Source of the DNA: Oscillospiraceae bacterium
GTDB lineage: Bacteria > Bacillota > Clostridia > Oscillospirales > CAG-272
Reading direction: 5' to 3'
DNA: 64,000 bases
Assembly: GCA_015064505.1 (NCBI GenBank)
Contig: SVSB01000002.1
Coordinates: 47,229-111,228, forward strand
Below the pieces are notes generated by a model. That model had not been told where the DNA came from. It ran no database searches and worked only from the letters and a program-made list of their open reading frames with translations. How positions within the stretch are numbered: position 1 is the first letter of the stretch; the number at the start of each line of letters is the position of its first letter. Below, in pieces: positions 54,001-63,837 of the stretch. Made by a program: the position numbers and the translations under genes.

Positions 54001-57000
54001 GTACACAAACTTCAATTTCTTCCTCTTCGGCAATCTTGGTGTGCGCGCAGGCATCGGACTTACCTTCAGCGTAGGTCTTATAAGCGTTAAGCTTGACAAT
54101 ATCGGCGTGCACGTGGAGGTAGGACCGTATCTTGAGCTTTACGGATTCTACTATTATCACTACGATAAGATAGGAAACGCAAGCCCCAACATCAGATCGG
54201 GCGGCGCCATATACGTGGAGATAGGCATTTACATGGCCCTTGACTTCTTTGCGGGCGCGTTCCTTGACCTGCTCTCCGTTGAGGTGCATCTGGTTGACGA
54301 AAGCTGGAAGCTGTTCGGTGCGGGAACGGAATGGTACACGGTTGCTCCGGAAATCCGCTCAAGCAACGTTACCGTCCACAGCGGCGATACCTTCACCATC
54401 TCTGATCGCTACTTCAACGTTCTTGAGTTCAACATTCTTACGGGAGAGCGGAGAAAAAGGAGCGTATCCATAATCGATTATACCGTTGCTCCCGATACCT
54501 ACTCCCGCCTTGCCTCCGGAGATACGGACAAGATAAAATACAACGAAAGCACCGGAAAATTCGAGGTCACCCCCGAGCTTACGGATCTGGAGCTTTCCGC
54601 CTCCATCGACTTCGTATACAAGCACGGCAATCCCCTCCTCGGACCCGTAACCAAGACCGTTAACATCAAGTGGGTAAAGACCGACCCCAAATTCGCCGTG
54701 CAGTATTACACGGGACACACGGTCTACCGTTCCCCCAATCTCTACGATCCTCAGCCCGACGTGGACGATACAAGGACTCAGGTATTCATTGCAGGCGTCC
54801 GTCTCCCCGCCCTTCCCGACCACGATCTGACACGGCCCGGATACGATTTCCATGGTTGGATGATAGACTGCCCCTCCTGCCCCGATATTCACGGCAAGAT
54901 GCTTGATGACGTGAATTTCCTTGAGGGCTATATAATGCCCGAGGCAAACATCGGACTTGACCCCGTTCACACCACCCGCAACGATACCCCCTACACCGTC
55001 CGCCACTTGCTTGAATCCGCTGATAAGCCCGGCGAATACGATCTTATTCTGGAGGAAGAGTTCACGGGAACCACCGGCTCCTCCATAAGCTCCTTCAACT
55101 TCGTTTCCGAGCCCGGTATAAGTCTTGATTTTGACAAATACCCCTACGAAGAGCTCTTCAGCTACGAATACCAGGGTCAAAAACGCAACTACATATTCTG
55201 GCATAGGATCATGGGCGACGGAAGCACCGTTGTAAACGTCTATTACAACCGTGATACCTACAAGGTGGGCGTTCATATGAACAACCGCGCCTTTGAATCC
55301 GACACCGATATGCAGCAGGTGTATTACCACACCCTTAAGATGGGCGCGACTATACCCGACCCCGGCTACAGCGAGATCGAAAGCCCCTATTACACCTTCC
55401 TTGGATGGTCCACAAGTCCTGACGGGCCCGTGGAATTCACCGAGCTCCCCGAGACCGTTCCCGTACTTGACGGCAGCGGAATAGATTACTACGCAATATG
55501 GGATTTTGAGGACGTGGACGTAACCATAAACTATTTCGTTTACGATCCTATGGCAAAGGATTATCCCTCTACCCCCGCACATACCGAGAACCGTGTTCTC
55601 CCCATCGGCACAAAGATCACCTCAAGCGCATTGTACCCCGAGGATGAGACCTTTGATGCAGGCAGACTTGACAAGTACGTTGCACATCACGCAGGCGACG
55701 CCGGCTGGGTGATCAAGGAAGACTATATCAGCACCCACGGCCACCCCAACGGCATAGTGATCAACGTATATTACAACTACACCTTCTATCAGTTCTTCTT
55801 TAACCACAAGCTGCAGTACGTCCGCGAAGGCGACGTGATCAACCTCCCCGAAGGTCCCGAAAAGGACGGCTACGTATTCCTCGGCTGGAGAACCTCCTAC
55901 GTTGGCGAGGAAGAGCTGCTTTACGAGGCGGGCGAAAAGTACACCGCAGTACGCGGCGAGTACTTCATCCCCGTTTACAAGGCGGCAGACGACACCGCCT
56001 ACACCGTAAATCATTATTACGAGACGGAGACCAGCCGCGAATACGGTGATCCCGTAACCGAGACTCTTTACGGCACCACGGGCACCAAGGTAACCCCTGC
56101 CGTTAAAGACAAAACCGGCTACGAATCCCCCACTGCAAGAGAGATAACCATTCTTGCCGACGGCAGTGCGGAGATAAGTTACTACTACCCGCGCAAGGAA
56201 TACAGCGTTAAGGTCGAGCTTGGCGGCGGAAGACTCGTTGGCAATTACCCCGGCTTCTATCGCTACGGCGTTGCGTTCCCGCTCTTTGCGGACGGCTACC
56301 TTGCAACCAAGGACGCTTACGTCTGCCTTGGCTGGTATATCCTTGGCGACGAGACCGAGACCCTTGTAAACCCCGAGTGGATAAACGGCGATATCCTTAC
56401 CTCCGACGGAGATATCACCTTCGTTGCAAAATGGGAAAAGGCTCCCATTACCTACAAGGTGGAGCATTACCTTGAAGGTCTTGACGGCGTCTTTGCTCTT
56501 CAGCAGACCGATACGCCCGCAGGCTATATCGACGAGGACGTAGAGGCGGCTCCCGCAGCATTCGTGGGCTTTACCTGCGATACGTCCATTGAAGGCACCG
56601 TTACAAGCGGACATATTTCCAACACGAGCGAAACCGTTGTTCTTAAGCTCTACTACTCAAGAAACAGCTATACCGCAACCTGGGTAGATTACGACGGCAC
56701 CACCGAGCTTGGCTCCGCTACCTTCAGATACGGCGAAGAGATCGTATTGCCCGATACAGTTACCGATCCCGTGCGCGATTCCTACAGATTTGACGGCTGG
56801 AATGAGTTCGGCACCATGCCCGCCCGTAACGCAACCTTCTCTGCGGCGGAATACGGCAACTGGACCTCCCTTGCAGGCCCCTACGATCTGGTGCTTGACC
56901 TTGGCGGCGACAGCATGAAGTATTATGACTTCATAGAGATCCAAACCTACGATACGGATAACGTTACCGCATCCGTTGGTCTGGGAGAATCCCTTGCGCA

Positions 57001-57712
57001 GTATTTTGAGAATGCGGCGATCACGGAATTCCTCGGCCAAACCTATCCCGGCTACACCTTTGACGGCTGGTACGACGGTGAAGGCAATCTCTACGACGGC
57101 GACGAGACCATGCCCGCAGGCAACCTGACGCTTACGGCAAAGTGGACGCCCATCACCGTAACCGTAGTATTCCATAACGATACGGCAGACAGCGAGGGTG
57201 CTATCAGAAAGACCTACGCATACGGCGATACCGTACAGATACCCACCGACCACGGCTTTACCTCGGAGGGACAGTTTATATCCGGCTGGAAATACGGCTC
57301 CTTCGCATTCCCCGGCGGTCAGGGCTGTATGATAAGCACTGAGCTGGTGCTTATCGACGGCTTCCACAGCTACGACCAGATCAGCGTGACCGAAGGAAAC
57401 GGCGACGTTCCTCCGGGCGAGGTACAGCTCTTCCCCAACTGGGTATCCGAATCCTACAAATGCACTGTGACCTTTGCGGGCAACGGCGGCATCGGAACCA
57501 TGGCAACCCAGGATATCGACGGCAGCGGCTACAACTTCACCGCCCTTGCACCCAACAGATTCGTGCGTGAAGGCTACCGCTTCATCGGTTGGACCACCGC
57601 TCCCGAGTACGATCCCGAGAACGATTCCCTTATCTCTGACAGAGAGGGATACATTCCCCAGGATAGACCAACTGCTCTTACCCTCTACGCACAGTGGGAA
57701 GCAATCGAATAA
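51059..57712 (+). CDS. Giant cell-surface protein (2217 aa): signal peptide, three N-terminal SLH domains, then many Listeria-Bacteroides (Flg_new) repeats and beta-rich modules
   Basis: cggaggtt RBS. Signal peptide ending AMATGAYA. SLH motifs (FSDVSKSDWFYEHVAY…, FSDVEFGTWYGPYVAW…, YEDASEISDYAVSAV…). At least 9 repeats of the x-GY-x-F-x-GW type. Confidence 0.8.
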   Translation: MKKLLLKSLSLFLAVLMIVPAMATGAYAITAESPSSYRFSDVSKSDWFYEHVAYTNANGIFKGVSDTEFDPHGVLTRAMFVTLLGRIAEADTSDYKNTSFSDVEFGTWYGPYVAWAEENRITTGTESGLFEPDAPVTREQIATFLHRFLRVFSVGAMGVYDLKYEDASEISDYAVSAVRVCYEMGLMKGDTDNRFRPADTATRAEAAAVCERLHKHVVSSPSIPQLPTAGDDFDTVDSVTFHSVTVGYPASWSEADKKNTVMPTERLVVAGDLVYSVPTPYREGYIFAGWYYDAALATVVSVEDTVTRNMTIYPRLVPSTDSSVIGDGSLNYVAAIDVDTSFRVTVKAPNAEAVRNGLSFTGISDGNVDMPFTVTDNGDGTYTVEPTEGMEAGKTYQLIARDRETLATAANPVPADNEYILFLHEGEVQRKEVRYYNIFTYREEVYNLRIDDDVIFIDFSTVSGFEMEDAAGLYTARLSDNGGVSLVDNDAEGTFTYTGTPALKVGDVVAIHSGEANDEERTFAEDAEVAYIEITKVEGTTYTYVSAKATDVMFLPEVFPIPYGADLDGDRTNNVIVVDTEQLDFTLFEDQEVLNADTVVGIDDFVVLYDGVLAEGTNVTYGKIVSVVRGTDTVTLTVEAATIEDIETAIDTYTVNAVDVNIPESEIKDLENKLVSQAVESGFAEEAAAFYLAERFGIEDATVGTKYTLTSEQFSRTGIEVDGGNLMYQIEIGRPNVSAEITKHLQKITQINNATGLRVAFGVTIPVGLEVVENGWHVVESLTFDLYVTFEQEVAFNAKFSADTKWKWYFIIPVLKEVTADARFEFGTYTGVGAITTASTEKYYKKTYLWTELVEKEDGTKLFSSASSIATKLNEYLKNGDLSFFGDVGEETELVDKYADMLQREIDYFDIFALPIFHKKGYFDPKTHIVNYVLDIELIFAAKLNVTMGISFENLNVKEYSFHFELFKGKKSYNVVDKQTPYTNFNFFLFGNLGVRAGIGLTFSVGLISVKLDNIGVHVEVGPYLELYGFYYYHYDKIGNASPNIRSGGAIYVEIGIYMALDFFAGAFLDLLSVEVHLVDESWKLFGAGTEWYTVAPEIRSSNVTVHSGDTFTISDRYFNVLEFNILTGERRKRSVSIIDYTVAPDTYSRLASGDTDKIKYNESTGKFEVTPELTDLELSASIDFVYKHGNPLLGPVTKTVNIKWVKTDPKFAVQYYTGHTVYRSPNLYDPQPDVDDTRTQVFIAGVRLPALPDHDLTRPGYDFHGWMIDCPSCPDIHGKMLDDVNFLEGYIMPEANIGLDPVHTTRNDTPYTVRHLLESADKPGEYDLILEEEFTGTTGSSISSFNFVSEPGISLDFDKYPYEELFSYEYQGQKRNYIFWHRIMGDGSTVVNVYYNRDTYKVGVHMNNRAFESDTDMQQVYYHTLKMGATIPDPGYSEIESPYYTFLGWSTSPDGPVEFTELPETVPVLDGSGIDYYAIWDFEDVDVTINYFVYDPMAKDYPSTPAHTENRVLPIGTKITSSALYPEDETFDAGRLDKYVAHHAGDAGWVIKEDYISTHGHPNGIVINVYYNYTFYQFFFNHKLQYVREGDVINLPEGPEKDGYVFLGWRTSYVGEEELLYEAGEKYTAVRGEYFIPVYKAADDTAYTVNHYYETETSREYGDPVTETLYGTTGTKVTPAVKDKTGYESPTAREITILADGSAEISYYYPRKEYSVKVELGGGRLVGNYPGFYRYGVAFPLFADGYLATKDAYVCLGWYILGDETETLVNPEWINGDILTSDGDITFVAKWEKAPITYKVEHYLEGLDGVFALQQTDTPAGYIDEDVEAAPAAFVGFTCDTSIEGTVTSGHISNTSETVVLKLYYSRNSYTATWVDYDGTTELGSATFRYGEEIVLPDTVTDPVRDSYRFDGWNEFGTMPARNATFSAAEYGNWTSLAGPYDLVLDLGGDSMKYYDFIEIQTYDTDNVTASVGLGESLAQYFENAAITEFLGQTYPGYTFDGWYDGEGNLYDGDETMPAGNLTLTAKWTPITVTVVFHNDTADSEGAIRKTYAYGDTVQIPTDHGFTSEGQFISGWKYGSFAFPGGQGCMISTELVLIDGFHSYDQISVTEGNGDVPPGEVQLFPNWVSESYKCTVTFAGNGGIGTMATQDIDGSGYNFTALAPNRFVREGYRFIGWTTAPEYDPENDSLISDREGYIPQDRPTALTLYAQWEAIE

Positions 57713-57729
57713 CCTAAATAAAAAATGCA

Positions 57730-57770
57730 GACGAGCCGAGGCTCGTCTGCATTTTTTATTTCAAACCCTT
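57730..57770. terminator. Bidirectional terminator (gcagacgagcc gag gctcgtctgc) with A6 / T6 flanks
   Basis: Sits between convergent genes 51059-57712 (+) and 57756-58532 (-). Confidence 0.85.
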
Positions 57771-58532
57771 TCGGTATTTTCCAGGAGTCTGCCCCGCGTA
57801 TCGGGAAAACTGACTTATAAACTGCACGTCGCACGGATACCCAAGCCGGTCCGATATCTGCTTTACGGAATAATCGGTATACCCCAATAAATATTCCGCG
57901 TATTCCATTCGGCTTTTCACAAGATCCGCAATGGGGCTTATGCCGAAGTGCTCCTTGTAAATATGCTGAAAATACGATGGGCTCACGTTTATGGACGCCG
58001 CAAGTCCGTCCACCGTTCTTTTTCTGATGGGATCGGAATATATGTCCGTGCGCAAAGCCTCCAGCTTATCCGTATAGCGCTTTTTCGGTGCTTCCGTTTT
58101 TTCTATTCCGTCCGAAAGCCGCAACAAAAGCACCTTAAGATACAGCGCCGTAATATCCACGGAGCTTTTATGCGCGGAGTATTTCTCGTACTGCAAAGTC
58201 CTTATAAGCTCGGAAAGGGTATGAACGTTATCGGGGTACAATACCGTATCAAAGCGTATCCCGCGGGAAAGAGCTTCATTTCTCTCCTCGGGCGTAAGAT
58301 CAAAGGTGACCCAATCGTGCAAAAAGGGCTCTCCGTACGCGCCGAAGTTGTGCGGAGTTGTTTTATCAAATATCATAACGGCGCCCTTTTCGGCAATTAT
58401 CTTTTCCTCACCGAAAACGAAGAACGTGCGCGAACGCAAAACGAGCATAACGTATTCAATTAGCCTCGGCGGGCGCGAGAGCGCAAAATTTTCGTTGTGT
58501 CCGCGGTTGTATCCGATACATCTCAATTTCAT
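57756..58532 (-). CDS. AraC-family transcriptional regulator (258 aa from ATG 58532; the ORF opens at TTG 58544)
   Basis: C-terminal AraC HTH pair (…SPSYFQHIYKEHFGISP… / YTDYSVKQISDRLGYPCDVQFISQFSRYAGQTPGKYR). Confidence 0.7.
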   Translation of the reverse strand: MKLRCIGYNRGHNENFALSRPPRLIEYVMLVLRSRTFFVFGEEKIIAEKGAVMIFDKTTPHNFGAYGEPFLHDWVTFDLTPEERNEALSRGIRFDTVLYPDNVHTLSELIRTLQYEKYSAHKSSVDITALYLKVLLLRLSDGIEKTEAPKKRYTDKLEALRTDIYSDPIRKRTVDGLAASINVSPSYFQHIYKEHFGISPIADLVKSRMEYAEYLLGYTDYSVKQISDRLGYPCDVQFISQFSRYAGQTPGKYRKGLK

Positions 58533-58634
58533 TACGATCACCAAAAAAGCAGGATATATTAGTTTTATAACAGTATATCACATTGTTTGCAAAAAGTAAA
58601 TATGATAAAATTGTAAGAAGAAGGAGGTATGGCT

Positions 58635-59921
58635 ATGGCAACTGTTAAAATATATCCGAATACCCCTATCGGAGAAATAAAGCCGTTACACGGAACGGTG
58701 AACGGTCCCGTTGCAAACCACGACGGAAGCGGCGGAACCGTAGACGCCTTCAAAAAAATGGGCGTGCCCCTTGTCAGACTTCACGATTCCTCGTTTTTCG
58801 TCAATTACGGCGGTGAGCATACCGTGGATATAAGCGGCATATTCCCCGATTTTGAAAAGGATGCGGAGGATAAAGACGCATACGACTTTTTCTACACCGA
58901 TTCCTATATAAAACGGTGCCTGATGACGGGAGCGAAGATTCTTTACCGTCTCGGGCAGCGCATTGAGCCCCACCCGAAAAAATACCACGTGCACCCGCCG
59001 AAGGACTTTTATAAATGGGCGCAGATCTGCGAGCATATCGTAAGGCACGTAAACGAGGGCTGGAACGATGGAACCGAATGCGGCGTTGAATACTGGGAGA
59101 TATGGAACGAGCCCGATAACGTTCCCGCCTGCTGGACGGGTACTATGGAGCAGTTTTACGACCTTTTCGAGATCACGGCAAAGCATTTAAAGAGCTGTTT
59201 CCCGCATCTGAAGATCGGCGGTCCCGCCTTTGCGGAGTGGTCGGTGGATAACGGACGGGTAGAGCATTTTCTTAAAGAGATGAAGCGCAGAGAAGTACCC
59301 CTGGACTTCCTTTCATGGCACACCTATTCAAGAGTGCTTGAGGATTTTACGCGGCGCTCCGGGAAGGTACGAGGTCTGCTTGACGAGAACGGCTATCCCG
59401 AGGCGGAAAGCATTGTAGACGAATGGAACTACCTGATAAACTGGAAAGACGGATTGCAGGAATCCCGCGTTAAGCTGATGACCATGGAGGGGGCGGCAAT
59501 GGCAAGCGCACTGCTGTGCGCCGCACAGGATCTCCCCATCGACAAAATGACCTATTACGACGCGCGCCCCTGCGGCTTCTGCGGACTTTTCAAGCCGTTT
59601 ACCTACGAAAAATACAAGACCTGCCACGCCTTTGAGCTCTTTAACAGGGTATACGGCGAAAAGAACCGTATAAATGTGGAATGCGACGACGGCGACGTAT
59701 ACGTGCTTGCCGCCAAGGGAGAAAAGTGCGCAGGCATCGTAACCTATTACACCTACGACGAAAACGCCGCGGAGAAAGAGATCACCCTTGATATTGGAAA
59801 TGCGGCAAAGCTCTATCGGCTTGATTCGGAGCGCGACGCGGTCTTCATGGGAGAATACCCCGCCGTCGGCAGGATAACGCTCAAGCCAAACTCAGTTCTG
59901 TATTTTGAAAGTGAGGAGTAA
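58635..59921 (+). CDS. Glycoside hydrolase family 39-like (beta-xylosidase / alpha-L-iduronidase clan GH-A), 428 aa from ATG 58635
   Basis: VEYWEIWNEPDN (acid/base Glu) and LKIGGPAFAEW match the GH39 XynB pattern. AGGAGG 7 nt before the second ATG. No signal peptide. Confidence 0.6.
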   Translation: MATVKIYPNTPIGEIKPLHGTVNGPVANHDGSGGTVDAFKKMGVPLVRLHDSSFFVNYGGEHTVDISGIFPDFEKDAEDKDAYDFFYTDSYIKRCLMTGAKILYRLGQRIEPHPKKYHVHPPKDFYKWAQICEHIVRHVNEGWNDGTECGVEYWEIWNEPDNVPACWTGTMEQFYDLFEITAKHLKSCFPHLKIGGPAFAEWSVDNGRVEHFLKEMKRREVPLDFLSWHTYSRVLEDFTRRSGKVRGLLDENGYPEAESIVDEWNYLINWKDGLQESRVKLMTMEGAAMASALLCAAQDLPIDKMTYYDARPCGFCGLFKPFTYEKYKTCHAFELFNRVYGEKNRINVECDDGDVYVLAAKGEKCAGIVTYYTYDENAAEKEITLDIGNAAKLYRLDSERDAVFMGEYPAVGRITLKPNSVLYFESEE

Positions 59922-59924
59922 ACC

Positions 59925-61766
59925 GTGAAAAAGATTTATATTATCATTGCCGCGGTAGTCATTCTTGCCGCGTTGATATGCATTATTATTTTTGGGAGTA
60001 AAGCTATGAAAAACAACGATTCCACCGAAACCACCGCACCCGTAACAGAGGCACCCATCCCCGGTGCAGAGCTTATCGGCTCACCCGAATATACGGGAGA
60101 GCAGATATTCACCAACCCCGTAGCACCCGGAGCAGACCCCTTCGTATTCAAGGACGATGACGGAACCTACTATCTTTACGCCACAAGCGGCGACGAGTAC
60201 GGTTACCGTTGCTATTCCTCAAAAAATCTTGTGGAATGGAAGTCCGAAGGCTACTGCCTTCTTAAGGACGACGTATATACCGACCCCAATTCCGATTTTA
60301 ACAAATACGCCTTCTGGGCGCCCGAGGTAATGAAGTACGAGGGAAAATATTACCTGGTCTACACGGCACAGCACCGCATCGGAGTTGCGGTATCCGATAG
60401 TCCCACGGGCCCCTTTACCAATAACGCAAGGCGCTACCTCATAAACTCCGCAAACGTAATAGACGGCAATTTCTTCGTTGACGACGACGGAACGGTATAC
60501 CTTTACTTCGTTACTCAGCGTAAGGCGGAATTCAACGGCGTGAAGGTAGAGGCCGGTAACAACATCTGGGGCTGTGTTTTCGATATGGAGGAGCTGAAGA
60601 TCGATCTTAAGAGCATCAGGCTCCTGGTACAGTGGGATGCGGAGATAGAGACCCTTGCCCTTAGCGGCGGCGACTGCGTTGAGGGACCGTTCATGATCAA
60701 GAATAACGGCACCTATTATATGACCTTCTCCTCAAACAGATATCAGAACACCAAATACTCCGTCCACTACGCAACCAGTGATAAGCCCCTTGGCACCTTT
60801 AAGCGCGACAAAAATAATATCACTCTTATGTGCGATGATCTTGATTATAAGGATAACAAAAACCCACACCTTTACGGCACGGGTCACCACTGCTTCGTTG
60901 AAGCCCCCAACGGCAAGGATCTGCTTATAGTTTACCACGCACACAGAACGGGAAGATCCTCCGCGGGACTTACGGGAGCATCTCTCGTATCCCCCAGAAG
61001 CGCGTGCATAGACCTTGCGTGGTTCACGGATGACGGCAAGCTCCTTGCGGGCACCAAGGAAAATCCCACCGTACCTACGGCAGTATCACAGCCCATGCTT
61101 GAGGGAACCAAGCTTGAGCGCGGCGTGCTTCTTGAGGGAAAGTTTGAAAAGTTAAGCGAGCTTCCCGTAGTTTACGTTGCACAGACCGACGGACTTGACA
61201 CCAACGCAGGCACCAAGGACGCTCCCGTAAAGACCCTTGAAAAGGCTTTTGATAAAATAATGCGCGGCGGTACCATCGTGCTGCTTCAGAGCTACGATGC
61301 TGGCGCACTCCTTGAAATACCCAAGCGCACCGCTCCCGTAATGATAACCGCAGAGCATAATAACATACTTCTTACATACAAATTCATAAGGATAAACTGC
61401 CCCCTTTATCTTGACAACGTGATCCTCACTCCCGAAACAGCAAACGGCATATCCGTTATCGAATGCAATTTCAACACCGTGGTGATGGGTATGGGCGTAA
61501 GCTGTCTTAACCGTCCCTTCGGAGAAAACGATTACCCCTGCCTTGTGGGCGGAAAGTGGAAATACACGGGCGACGATACCGCCAAGGTATACGACAGCTT
61601 CAAGGCAAGCGACGGGGAAATGATATCCGATAAGGAATACACGCTTACGGTCCTCGGCGGCACCTGGCAGATGATAGCAAAGGGAAGCGTAGTACAGAGC
61701 GAGGAGCTTGCCGACAGCGCCGTAAACGGAATTCTGCGCCTTGGCGAGGATGCAGAGATCAAATAG
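59925..61766 (+). CDS. Membrane-anchored glycoside hydrolase family 43 (beta-xylosidase / arabinofuranosidase-like) with C-terminal beta-rich domain, 613 aa, GTG start
   Basis: gaggag RBS + GTG. N-terminal signal anchor + Thr/Pro linker. GH43 blocks ADPFVFKDDDGTYYLYAT and WAPEVMKYEGKYYLVYTA. Confidence 0.7.
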   Translation: MKKIYIIIAAVVILAALICIIIFGSKAMKNNDSTETTAPVTEAPIPGAELIGSPEYTGEQIFTNPVAPGADPFVFKDDDGTYYLYATSGDEYGYRCYSSKNLVEWKSEGYCLLKDDVYTDPNSDFNKYAFWAPEVMKYEGKYYLVYTAQHRIGVAVSDSPTGPFTNNARRYLINSANVIDGNFFVDDDGTVYLYFVTQRKAEFNGVKVEAGNNIWGCVFDMEELKIDLKSIRLLVQWDAEIETLALSGGDCVEGPFMIKNNGTYYMTFSSNRYQNTKYSVHYATSDKPLGTFKRDKNNITLMCDDLDYKDNKNPHLYGTGHHCFVEAPNGKDLLIVYHAHRTGRSSAGLTGASLVSPRSACIDLAWFTDDGKLLAGTKENPTVPTAVSQPMLEGTKLERGVLLEGKFEKLSELPVVYVAQTDGLDTNAGTKDAPVKTLEKAFDKIMRGGTIVLLQSYDAGALLEIPKRTAPVMITAEHNNILLTYKFIRINCPLYLDNVILTPETANGISVIECNFNTVVMGMGVSCLNRPFGENDYPCLVGGKWKYTGDDTAKVYDSFKASDGEMISDKEYTLTVLGGTWQMIAKGSVVQSEELADSAVNGILRLGEDAEIK

Positions 61767-61770
61767 AGTG

Positions 61771-61799
61771 TTGACGAAACGGGCACGCAGGAGTATAAT
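61771..61799 (+). promoter_or_regulatory. Sigma-A consensus promoter: TTGACG, 17 nt spacer, TATAAT
   Basis: Exact -10 hexamer and near-consensus -35, 31 nt upstream of the MATE start. Confidence 0.6.
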
Positions 61800-61829
61800 T
61801 AAAAAAACTCTGCTCTTATACGGTGAAAA

Positions 61830-63179
61830 ATGAAAACCGAAACTAACGCGCTTTTTTCACGCAAGGACATTTCAAAAATACTTTTCCCCCTGCTCGTGGA
61901 GCAGATACTTGCCGTTGCACTGGGAATGTTTGACTCCATGATGGTTTCAAGCGTCGGGGAGGCGGCGGTATCGGGCGTTTCCCTCGTTGACTCCATAAAC
62001 ATATTGCTCATAAATATCTTTTCTGCCCTTGCCACGGGCGGAGCGGTGGTATGCTCGCAGTTTTTGGGGCACAAGGATAAAGAAAACGCCTGCAACTCCG
62101 CAAAGCAGCTCTATTACGCGGTCTTTGCCGTATCATCCGCACTTGCCGTCGTTGCACTGTGCTTTTCGGGCGGGATACTCCGCTTCGTTTTCGGCAAGGT
62201 GGACGCGGACGTTATGGAATACGCCAAGGTGTATTTCGTGATAACCGCCCTGTCCTTCCCCTTCCTTGGCATTTATAACGGCGGAGCGGCGCTTTTCCGC
62301 GCAATGGGCAACTCAAGGATATCCCTTTACGTTTCCCTTGTGATGAACGTTTTTAACGTGGGCGGCAACGCACTGCTTATTTACGGCTTTAAGCTGGGCG
62401 TTACGGGTGCGGCTTTATCCACCCTTGCGGCGCGCATTCTTGGCGCCGTGGTAATGCTCGTTCTTTCCCACAACAGAAATAATATTATCTTCGTGGATAA
62501 CGTTTTCCGCTTCCGCCCCTCCTTCCCCATCATCGGCAAAATTTTGCGCATAGGTATTCCCGGCGGAATGGAGAACGGAATGTTTCAGATAGGTAAGCTC
62601 ATTACCCAAAGCCTCGTTTCAGGCTTCTCCACCCCCATGATAGCCGCAAACGCCGTTGCAAACACCCTCTCCTCCTTTGAATACGCGGCAGGAGGCGCCG
62701 TGGGTCTTACCCTTATCACCGTTATCGGAAGATGCACGGGCGCGGGAGAAACGGAGCAGGCAAAGCAATACGCAAAGAAACTGCTTTTGACCGCTTACAA
62801 GATAATGATAATAACCTCCGTGCTGCTGACGGTGTTTGCAAAGCCCATTATCGGACTTTTTGATCTCTCTCCCGAGGGAGCAAAGGCGGCACTTCACCTT
62901 GTTTTGATGCACAACGCGGCAACCTCACTTGTATGGCCCCTTGCCTTTACTCTTCCCAATTGCTTCCGCGCCGCAAGCGACGTTTTCTTCCCCATGACCG
63001 TTTCCATTATATCCATGTGGGCGTTCCGCGTTATCGGAAGCTACGTGTTTGCTCTTTATTTCGAGCTTGGTATCTACGGCGTGTGGATCGCTATGTTCTG
63101 CGATTGGCTGTTCCGCGGCTCGCTGTTCTTTATCCGTCTTATAAACGGCAAATGGCTTTTGAAATACAACAAAACGTAA
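61830..63179 (+). CDS. MATE-family multidrug / oligosaccharidyl-lipid efflux transporter (449 aa)
   Basis: 12 TM helices with a duplicated 6-TM pattern. NorM-like N-terminus LFPLLVEQILAVALGMFDSMMVSSVGEAAVSGVS. Confidence 0.8.
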   Translation: MKTETNALFSRKDISKILFPLLVEQILAVALGMFDSMMVSSVGEAAVSGVSLVDSINILLINIFSALATGGAVVCSQFLGHKDKENACNSAKQLYYAVFAVSSALAVVALCFSGGILRFVFGKVDADVMEYAKVYFVITALSFPFLGIYNGGAALFRAMGNSRISLYVSLVMNVFNVGGNALLIYGFKLGVTGAALSTLAARILGAVVMLVLSHNRNNIIFVDNVFRFRPSFPIIGKILRIGIPGGMENGMFQIGKLITQSLVSGFSTPMIAANAVANTLSSFEYAAGGAVGLTLITVIGRCTGAGETEQAKQYAKKLLLTAYKIMIITSVLLTVFAKPIIGLFDLSPEGAKAALHLVLMHNAATSLVWPLAFTLPNCFRAASDVFFPMTVSIISMWAFRVIGSYVFALYFELGIYGVWIAMFCDWLFRGSLFFIRLINGKWLLKYNKT

Positions 63180-63189
63180 GGAGAAAGAT

Positions 63190-63837
63190 ATGAAGATAAT
63201 ATTTTTCGGCGACAGCATTACCGACGCAGGCAGAAACCGCGACGATCTCAGCAAGCAATCCGCCCTCGGCTACGGCTACGTGCGCGTAATCGGCGACAGA
63301 CTGCTTGGCCCCGCACCCGATAAGCACACCGTATTCAATATGGGCATCAGCGGCAACCGCATCGTTGATCTCTACGCCCGCATCAAGGCCCACGTCTGGA
63401 ACCGCGAGCCCGAGCTTATCAGCATACTTATAGGTATTAACGATATCTGGCACGAGATCTCCCACGGAAACGGCGTTGACCTTGAGCGCTTTGAAAAGGT
63501 CTACCGTATGATAATTGAGGACACCCGAAAAAAACTTCCGAACGTACGCTTTATCCTGTGCGAGCCCTTCGTGCTTGAAGGAACGGCGACCTGCGCCACA
63601 CCCGAAATGCCCGACCGCTACGAGCGTTTCAAGGAAGTATACGAATACGCAAAGGTCGTAAAGAGTCTTGCAGATGAATACGGTATTCCCTTCCTTCCCC
63701 TGCAGGAAAAATTCAGTGAAGCCGCAGAAAAGCTTGGCGTGGACTACTACGCACCCGACGGAGTGCACCCCAATATCGGCGGTTCTTCTCTTATAGCAAC
63801 CGAATGGATGAAGCTGTTTAACGAAAAATTTGCCTAA
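63190..63837 (+). CDS. SGNH / GDSL-family hydrolase (lipase / acylesterase), 215 aa
   Basis: Block I IIFFGDSITD (catalytic Ser), block III GINDIW, block V DGVHPN (Asp-x-x-His). Confidence 0.8.
   Translation: MKIIFFGDSITDAGRNRDDLSKQSALGYGYVRVIGDRLLGPAPDKHTVFNMGISGNRIVDLYARIKAHVWNREPELISILIGINDIWHEISHGNGVDLERFEKVYRMIIEDTRKKLPNVRFILCEPFVLEGTATCATPEMPDRYERFKEVYEYAKVVKSLADEYGIPFLPLQEKFSEAAEKLGVDYYAPDGVHPNIGGSSLIATEWMKLFNEKFA

Noticed and set aside
54359-57367. Minus-strand ORFs (407, 330 and 236 aa) inside the giant SLH gene.
   Set aside because: They are antisense artefacts. The plus-strand frame is continuous for 2217 codons with repeated Flg_new motifs.
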